Source: Macrostomum hystrix (lineage: Eukaryota; Animalia; Platyhelminthes). Taken from it: a stretch of DNA of 64,000 bases. Position numbers and translations under genes: made by a program. The notes below the pieces were generated by a model, which had not been told where the DNA came from, did not search any database, and saw only the letters and a list, made by a program, of their open reading frames with translations. Positions within the stretch are counted from its first letter, which is position 1, and each line of letters opens with the position of its first letter. The stretch is from NCBI GenBank assembly GCA_950097015.1, contig CATNEN010000030.1, positions 4,774,001 to 4,838,000 on the forward strand. The letters run 5' to 3'. This document shows, piece by piece, positions 55,501-64,000 of the stretch.

Positions 55501-58500
55501 CTAGCTTCTTGCTTGACAATGAAGAGTTTTAAGAACAATTAAAGCACCTTTTACGCGCTCAAGAACAGCTTGTCGCGTGCTACTTGCAAGGAGTGCGTTA
55601 CGCTGCTATTTCATCACAGAGTATTGGCGCTCATCGCAATTTGCTGGATTGAAAAATGTGTTTAACATTTCCAGCACTGACAGTGTGCAGGAAGATGGCA
55701 ATGCAGGGCTGACATCGGGCTTGCGCTATATATAAGTTCCAGCTAGCTTTTCTCATGAATCGTAGTTTGCTGCTTTATTTATAAGTTCCAGCTAGCTTTT
55801 CTCATGAATCGTAGTTTGCTGCTTTATTAGCACTTAATACAGGCTTTCACAGGTCTAGCTTCTTGCTTGACAATGAAGAGTTTTAAGAACAATTAAAGCA
55901 CCTTTTACGCGCTCAAGAACAGCTTGGCGCGTGCTGCTTGCAAGGAGTGCGTTACGCTGCTAATTCAGCACAGAGTATTGGCGCTGATGGCAATTTGCTG
56001 GATTGAAAAATGTGTTTAACATTACCAGCACTCACAGTGTGCAGGAAGATGGCAATGCAGGGCTGACATCGAGCTTGCGCTATATATAAGTTCCAGCTAG
56101 CTTTTCTCATGAATCGTAGTTTCCTGCTTTATTTATAAGTTCTAGCTAGCTTTTCTCATGAATCGTAGTTTGCTGCTTTATTAGCACTTAATACAGGCTT
56201 TCACAGGTCTAGCTTCTTGCTTGACAATGAAGAGTTTTAAGAACAATTAAAGCACCTTTTACGCGCTCAAGAACAGCTTGTCGCGTGCTACTTGCACGGA
56301 GTGCGTTACGCTGCTATTTCAGCACAGAGTATAGGTGCTGATGGCAATTTGCTGGATTGAAAAATGTGTTTAACATTACCAGCACTCACAGTGTGCAGGA
56401 AGATCGCAATGGAGGGCCGACATCGAGCTTGCACTATATATAAGTTTCAGCTAGCTTTTCTCATGAATCGTAGTTTGCTGCTTAATTTATAAGTTCCAGC
56501 TAGCTTTTCTCATGAATCGTAGTTTGCTGCTTTATTAGCACTTAATACAGGATTTCACAGGTCTAGCTTCTGGCTTGACAATGAAGAGTTTTAAGAACAA
56601 TTAAAGCACCTTTTACGCGCTGAAGAACAGCTTGGCGCGTGCTGCTTGCAAGGAGTGCGTTACGCTGCTAATTCAGCACAGAGTATTGGCGCTGATGGAA
56701 ATTTGCTGGATTGAAAAATGTGTTTAACATTACCAGCACTCACAGTGTGCAGGAAGATGGCAATGCAGGGCTGACATCGAGCTTGCGGTATATATAAGTT
56801 CCAGCTAGCTTTTCTCATGAATCGTAGTTTGCTGCTTTATTAGCACTTAATACAGGCTTTCACAGGTCTAGCTTCTTGGTTAACAATGAAGAGTTTGAAG
56901 AACAATTAAAGCACTTTTTACGCGCTCAAGAACAGCTTGGCGCGTGCTGCATGAAAGGAGTGCGTTACGCTGCTATTTCAGCACAGAGTATTGGCGCTGA
57001 TGGCAATTTGCTGGATTGAAAAATGTGTTTAACATTACCAGCACTCACAGTGTGCAGGAAGATGGCAATGCAGGGCCGACATCGAGCTTGCGCTATATAT
57101 AAGTTCCAGCTAGCTTTTCTCATGAATCGTAGTTTGCTGCTTTATTAGCACTTAATACAGGCTTTCACAGGTCTAGCTTCTTGCTTGACAATGAAAAGTT
57201 TTAAGAACAATTAAAGCACCTTTTACGCGCTGAAGAACAGCTTGGCGCGTGCTGCTTGCAAGGAGTGCGTTACGCTGCTAATTCAGCACAGAGTATTGGC
57301 GCTGATGGCAATTTGCTGGATTGAAAAATGTGTTTAACATTACCAGCACTCACAGTGTGCAGGAAGATGGCAATGCAGGGCTGACATCGAGCTTGCGCTA
57401 TATATAAGTTCCAGCTAGCTTTTCTCATGAATCGTAGTTTGCTGCTTTATTAGCACTTAATACAGGCTTTCACAGGTCTAGCTTCTTGCTTGACAATGAA
57501 GAGTTTTAAGAACAATTAAAGCACCTTTTACGCGCTCAAGAACAGCTTGTCGCGTGCTACTTGCAAGGAGTGCGTTACGCTGCTATTTCAGCACAGAGTA
57601 TTGGCGCTGATGGCAATTTGCTGGATTGAAAAATGTGTTTAACATTACCAGCACTCACAGTGTGCAGGAAGATGGCAATGCAGGGCTGACATCGGGCTTG
57701 CGCTATATATAAGTTCCAGCTAGCTTTTCTCATGAATCGTAGTTTGCTGCTTTATTTATAAGTTCCAGCTAGCTTTTCTCATGAATCGTAGTTTGCTGCT
57801 TTATTAGCACTTAATATAGGCTTTCACAGGTCTAGCTTCTTGCTTGACAATGAAGAGTTTTAAGAACAATTAAAGCACCTTTTACGCGCTCAAGAACAGC
57901 TTGTCGCGTGCTACTTGCACGGAGTGCGTTACGCTGCTATTTCAGCACAGAGTATAGGCGCTGATGGCAATTTGCTGTATTGAAAAATGTGTTTAACATT
58001 ACCAGCACTCACAGTCTGCAGGAAGATCGCAATGCAGGGCCGACATCGAGCTTGCACTATATATAAGTTCCAGCTAGCTTTTCTCATGAATCGTAGTTTG
58101 CTGCTTTATTAGCACTTAATACAGGATTTCACAGGTCTAGCTTCTTGCTTGACAATGAAGAGTTTTAAGAACAATTAAAGCACCTTTTACGCGCTCAAGA
58201 ACAGCTTGTCGCGTGCTACTTGCAAGGAGTGCGTTACGCTGCTATTTTAGCACAGAGTATTGGCGCTCATCGCAATTTGCTGGATTGAAAAATGTGTTTA
58301 ACATTTCCAGCACTCACAGTGTGCAGGAAGATGGCAATGCAGGGCTGACATCGAGCTTGCACTATATATAAGTTCCAGCTAGCTTTTTTCATGAATCGTA
58401 GTTTGCTGCTTTATTAGCACTTAATACAGGATTTCACAGGTCTAGCTTCTTGCTTGACAATGAAGAGTTTTAAGAACAATTAAAGCACCTTTTACGCGCT

Positions 58501-61500
58501 CAAGAACAGCTTGTCGCGTGCTACTTGCAAGGAGTGCGTTACGCTGCTATTTCAGCACAGAGTATTGGCGCTCATCGCAATTTGCTGGATTGAAAAATGT
58601 GTTTAACATTTCCAGCACTCACAGTGTGCAGGAAGATGGCAATGCAGGGCTGACATCGAGCTTGCGCTATATATAAGTTCCAGCTAGCTTTTCTCATGAA
58701 TCGTAGTTTGCTGCTTTATTTATAAGTTCCAGCTAGCTTTTCTCATGAATCGTAGTTTGCTGCTCTATTATCACCTAATATTGGCTTTCACAGGTCTAGC
58801 TTCTTGCTTGACAAGGAAGAGTTTCAAGAAAAATTAAAGCACCTTTTACGCGCTCAAGAACAGCTTGGCGCGTGCTGCTTACAAGGAGTGCGTTACGCTG
58901 CTAATTCAGCACAGAGTATTGGCGCTGATGGCAATTTGCTGGATTCAAAATTGTGTTTAACATTACCAGCACTTACAGTGTGCTGGAAGATGGCAATGCA
59001 GGGCTGACATCGAGCTTGCGCTATTTATAAGTTTCAGCTAGCTTTTCTCATGAATCGTAGTTTGCTGCTTAATTTATAAGTTCCAGCTAGCTTTTCTCAT
59101 GAATCGTAGTTTGCTGCTTTATTAGCACTTAATACAGGCTTTCACAGGTCTAGCTTCTTGGTTAACAATGAAGAGTTTGAAGAACAATTAAAGCACCTTT
59201 TACGCGCTCAAGAACAGCTTGGCGCGTGCTGCATGAAAGGAGTGCGTTACGCTGCTATTTCAGCACAGAGTATTGGCGCTGATGGCAATTTGCTGGATTG
59301 AAAAATGTGTTTAACATTACCAGCACTCACAGTGTGCAGGAAGATGGCAATGCAGGGCTGACATCGAGCTTGCGCTATATATAAGTTCCAGCTAGCTTTT
59401 CTCATGAATCGTAGTTTGCTGCTTTATTAGCACTTAATACAGGCTTTCACAGGTCTAGCTTCTTGCTTGACAATGAAGAGTTTTAAGAACAATTAAAGCA
59501 CCTTTTACGCGCTCAAGAACAGCTTGTCGCGTGCTACTTGCAAGGAGTGCGTTACGCTGCTATTTCAGCACAGAGTATTGGCGCTCATCGCAATTTGCTG
59601 GATTGAAAAATGTGTTTAACATTTCCAGCACTCACAGTGTGCAGGAAGATGGCAATGCAGGGCTGACATCGAGCTTGCGCTATATATAAGTTCCAGCTAG
59701 CTTTTCTCATGAATCGTAGTTTGCTGCTATATTTATAAGTTCCAGCTAGCTTTTCTCATGAATCGTAGTTTGCTGCTTTATTAGCACTTAATACAGGCTT
59801 TCACAGGTCTAGCTTCTTGGTTAACAATGAAGAGTTTGAAGAACAATTAAAGCACCTTTTACGCGCTCAAGAACAGCTTGGCGCGTGCTGCATGAAAGGA
59901 GTGCGTTACGCTGCTAATTCAGCACAGAGTATAGGCGCTGATGGCAATTTGCTGGATTGAAAAATGTGTTTAACATTACCAGCACTCACAGTGTGCAGGA
60001 AGATGGCAATGCAGGACCGACATCGAGCTTGCGCTATATATAAGTTCCAGCTAGCTTTTCTCATGAATCGTAGTTTGCTGCTTTATAAGCACTTAATACA
60101 GGCTTTCACAGGTCTAGCTTCTTGCTTGACAATGAAGAGTTTTAAGAACAATTAAAGCACCTTTTACGCGCTGAAGAACAGCTTGGCGCGTGCTGCTTGC
60201 AAGGAGTGCGTTACGCTGCTAATTCAGCACAGAGTATTGGCGCTGATGGCAATTTGCTGGATTGAAAATTGTGTTTAACATTACCAGCACTTACAGTGTG
60301 CTGGAAGATGGCAATGCAGGGCTGACATCGAGCTTGCGCTATTTATAAGTTTCAGCTAGCTTTTCTCATGAATCGTAGTTTGCTGCTTAATTTATAAGTT
60401 CCAGCTAGCTTTTCTCATGAATCGTAGTTTGCTGCTTTATTAGCACTTAATACAGGCTTTCACAGGTCTAGCTTCTTGGTTAACAATGAAGAGTTTGAAG
60501 AACAATTAAAGCACCTTTTACGCGCTCAAGAACAGCTTGGCGCGTGCTGCATGAAAGGAGTGCGTTACGCTGCTATTTCAGCACAGAGTATTGGCGCTGA
60601 TGGCAATTTGCTGGATTGAAAAATGTGTTTAACATTACCAGCACTCACAGTGTGCAGGAAGATGGCAATGCAGGGCTGACATCGAGCTTGCGCTATATAT
60701 AAGTTCCAGCTAGCTTTTCTCATGAATCGTAGTTTGCTGCTTTATTTATAAGTTCTAGCTAGCTTTTCTCATGAATCGTAGTTTGCTGCTTTATTAGCAC
60801 TTAATACAGGCTTTCACAGGTCTAGCTTCTTGCTTGACAATGAAGAGTTTTAAGAACAATTAAAGCACCTTTTACGCGCTCAAGAACAGCTTGTCGCGTG
60901 CTACTTGCACGGAGTGCGTTACGCTGCTATTTCAGCACAGAGTAAAGGCGCTGATGGCAATTTGCTGGATTGAAAAATGTGTTTTACATTACCAGCACTC
61001 ACAGTGTGCAGGAAGATCGCAATGGAGGGCCGACATCGAGCTTGCACTATATATAAGTTTCAGCTAGCTTTTCTCATGAATCGTAGTTTGCTGCTTAATT
61101 TATAAGTTCCAGCTAGCTTTTCTCATGAATCGTAGTTTGCTGCTTTATTAGCACTTAATACAGGCTTTCACAGGTCTAGCTTCTTGGTTAACAATGAAGA
61201 GTTTGAAGAACAATTAAAGCACCTTTTACGCGCTCAAGAACAGCTTGGCGCGTGCTGCATGAAAGGAGTGCGTTACGCTGCTATTTCAGCACAGAGTATT
61301 GGCGCTGATGGCAATTTGCTGGATTGAAAAATGTGTTTAACATTACCAGCACTCACAGTGTGCAGGAAGATGGCAATGCAGGACCGACATCGAGCTTGCG
61401 CTATATATAAGTTCCAGCTAGCTTTTCTCATGAATCGTAGTTTGCTGCTTTATTAGCACTTAATACAGGCTTTCACAGGTCTAGCTTCTTGCTTGACAAT

Positions 61501-64000
61501 GAAGAGTTTTAAGAACAATTAAAGCACCTTTTACGCGCTGAAGAGCAGCTTGGCGCGTGCTGCTTGCAAGGAGTGCGTTACGCTGCTAATTCAGCACAGA
61601 GTATTGGCGCTGATGGCAATTTGCTGGATTGAAAAATGTGTTTAACATTACCAGCACTCACAGTGTGCAGGAAGATGGCAATGCAGGGCTGACATCGAGC
61701 TTGCGCTATATATAAGTTCCAGCTAGCTTTTCTCATGAATCGTAGTTTGCTGCTTTATTAGCACTTAATACAGGCTTTCACAGGTCTAGCTTCTTGCTTG
61801 ACAATGAAGAGTTTTAAGAACAATTAAAGCACCTTTTACGCGCTCAAGAACAGCTTGTCGCGTGCTACTTGCAAGGAGTGCGTTACGCTGCTATTTCAGC
61901 ACAGAGTATTGGCGCTCATCGCAATTTGCTGGATTGAAAAATGTGTTTAACATTTCCAGCACTGACAGTGTGCAGGAAGATGGCAATGCAGGGCTGACAT
62001 CGAGCTTGCGCTATATATAAGTTCCAGCTAGCTTTTCTCATGAATCGTAGTTTGCTGCTTTATTTATAAGTTCCAGCTAGCTTTTCTCATGAATCGTAGT
62101 TTGCTGCTTTATTAGCACTTAATACAGGCTTTCACAGGTCTAGCTTCTTGCTTGACAATGAAGAGTTTTAAGAACAATTAAAGCACCTTTTACGCGCTCA
62201 AGAACAGCTTGTCGCGTGCTACTTGCACGGAGTGCGTTACGCTGCTATTTCAGCACAGAGTAAAGGCGCTGATGGCAATTTGCTGGATTGAAAAATGTGT
62301 TTTACATTACCAGCACTCACAGTGTGCAGGAAGATCGCAATGGAGGGCCGACATCGAGCTTGCACTATATATAAGTTTCAGCTAGCTTTTCTCATGAATC
62401 GTAGTTTGCTGCTTAATTTATAAGTTCCAGCTAGCTTTTCTCATGAATCGTAGTTTGCTGCTTTATTAGCACTTAATACAGGCTTTCACAGGTCTAGCTT
62501 CTTGGTTAACAATGAAGAGTTTGAAGAACAATTAAAGCACCTTTTACGCGCTCAAGAACAGCTTGGCGCGTGCTGCATGAAAGGAGTGCGTTACGCTGCT
62601 AATTCAGCACAGAGTATTGGCGCTGATGGCAATTTGCTGGATTGAAAAATGTGTTTAACATTTCCAGCACTCACAGTGTGCAGGAAGATGGCAATGCAGG
62701 GCTGACATCGAGCTTGCGCTATATATAAGTTCCAGCTAGCTTTTCTCATGAATCGTAGTTTGCTGCTTTATTAGCACTTAATACAGGCTTTCACAGGTCT
62801 AGCTTCTTGCTTGACAATGAAGAGTTTTAAGAACAATTAAAGCACCTTTTACGCGCTCAAGAACAGCTTGTCGCGTGCTACTTGCAAGGAGTGCGTTACG
62901 CTGCCATTTCAGCACAGAGTATTGGCGCTCATCGCAATTTGCTGGATTGAAAAATGTGTTTAACATTTCCAGCACTGACAGTGTGCAGGAAGATGGCAAT
63001 GCAGGGCTGACATCGGGCTTGCGCTATATATAAGTTCCAGCTAGGTTTTCTCATGAATCGTAGTTTGCTGCTTTATTTATAAGTTCCAGCTAGCTTTTCT
63101 CATGAATCGTAGTTTGCTGCTTTATTAGCACTTAATACAGGCTTTCACAGGTCTAGCTTCTTGCTTGACAATGAAGAGTTTTAAGAACAATTAAAGCACC
63201 TTTTACGCGCTCAAGAACAGCTTGTCGCGTGCTACTTGCAAGGAGTGCGTTACGCTGCTATTTCAGCACAGAGTATTGGCGCTCATCGCAATTTGCTGGA
63301 TTGAAAAATGTGTTTAACATTTCCAGCACTCACAGTGTGCAGGAAGATGGCAATGCAGGGCTGACATCAAGCTTGCGCTATATATAAGTTCCAGCTAGCT
63401 TTTATCATGAATCGTAGTTTGCTGCTCTATTATCACCTAATACAGGCTTTCACAGGTCTAGCTTCTTGCTTGACAAGGAAGAGTTTCAAGAAAAATTAAA
63501 GCACCTTTTACGCGCTGAAGAACAGCTTGGCGCGTGCTGCTTGCAAGGAGTGCGTTACGCTGCTAATTCAGCACAGAGTATTGGCGCTGATGGCAATTTG
63601 CTGGATTGAAAAATGTGTTTAACATTACCAGCACTTACAGTGTGCTGGAAGATGGCAATGCAGGGCTCACATCGAGCTTGCGCTATTTATAAGTTTCAGC
63701 TAGCTTTTCTCATGAATCGTAGTTTGCTGCTTAATTTATAAGTTCCAGCTAGCTTTTCTCATGAATCGTAGTTTGCTGCTTTATTAGCACTTAATACAGG
63801 CTTTCACAGGTCTAGCTTCTTGGTTAACAATGAAGAGTTTGAAGAACAATTAAAGCACCTTTTACGCGCTCAAGAACAGCTTGGCGCGTGCTGCATGAAA
63901 GGAGTGCGTTACGCTGCTATTTCAGCACAGAGTATTGGCGCTGATGGCAATTTGCTGGATTGAAAAATGTGTTTAACATTACCAGCACTCACAGTGTGCA
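19561..64000 (+). repeat. Head-to-tail satellite array, roughly 140 monomers; types A (~305 bp), B (~320 bp, +15-bp tgcag expansion), C (~354 bp, +49-bp duplication), D (diverged); continues past the window end
   Basis: Anchor gctttcacaggtctagc recurs at 19561, 19880, 20185, 20506 and onward to the end. All copies are in one orientation; no interrupting element seen. Confidence 0.99.

Noticed and set aside
19565-63000. Dozens of 60-90 aa ORFs in the satellite (MRKASWNLYIAQ..., MPSALHPALHTV..., MLDNEQFKEQ...)
   Set aside because: They occur on both strands and in several frames, and open or close with single SNPs and indels. They are by-products of the repeat with no recognisable domain.
19561-64000. 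CRISPR array or tandem RNA gene cluster (5S, tRNA, SL, snRNA)
   Set aside because: There are no unique spacers, the context is eukaryotic, and I recognise no A/B/C boxes, Sm site or rRNA/tRNA sequence in the monomer.

Overview
This is eukaryotic (animal) genomic DNA. A free-living flatworm such as Macrostomum is my guess, not something the sequence shows. The window has two parts. (1) Bases 1-18.6 kb hold genes and transposons: a mariner (DD34D) element with perfect 30-bp TIRs and one nonsense codon; minisatellites; a Crypton/DUF3504-like tyrosine-recombinase fragment with an upstream hairpin; an intronless anion-type Cys-loop channel with an atypical pore; a CORE-like SINE; a very recent 4329-bp Ty3/Gypsy (Mag-like) element with apparently identical LTRs and a GTTTA target-site duplication but an in-frame RT deletion; a tRNA-like SINE; and a six-exon TTLL10 (tubulin polyglycylase) gene on the minus strand. 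(2) From ~18.65 kb to the window end is one satellite array of roughly 140 monomers of 305/320/354 bp. It has a degenerate left edge and a succession of higher-order repeats. The two most interesting hypotheses are a Helitron-like 3' terminus (14-bp hairpin, then CTAG-T) exactly at the array border, and a hammerhead-ribozyme-like three-way junction inside each monomer. Both need computational or experimental checks.
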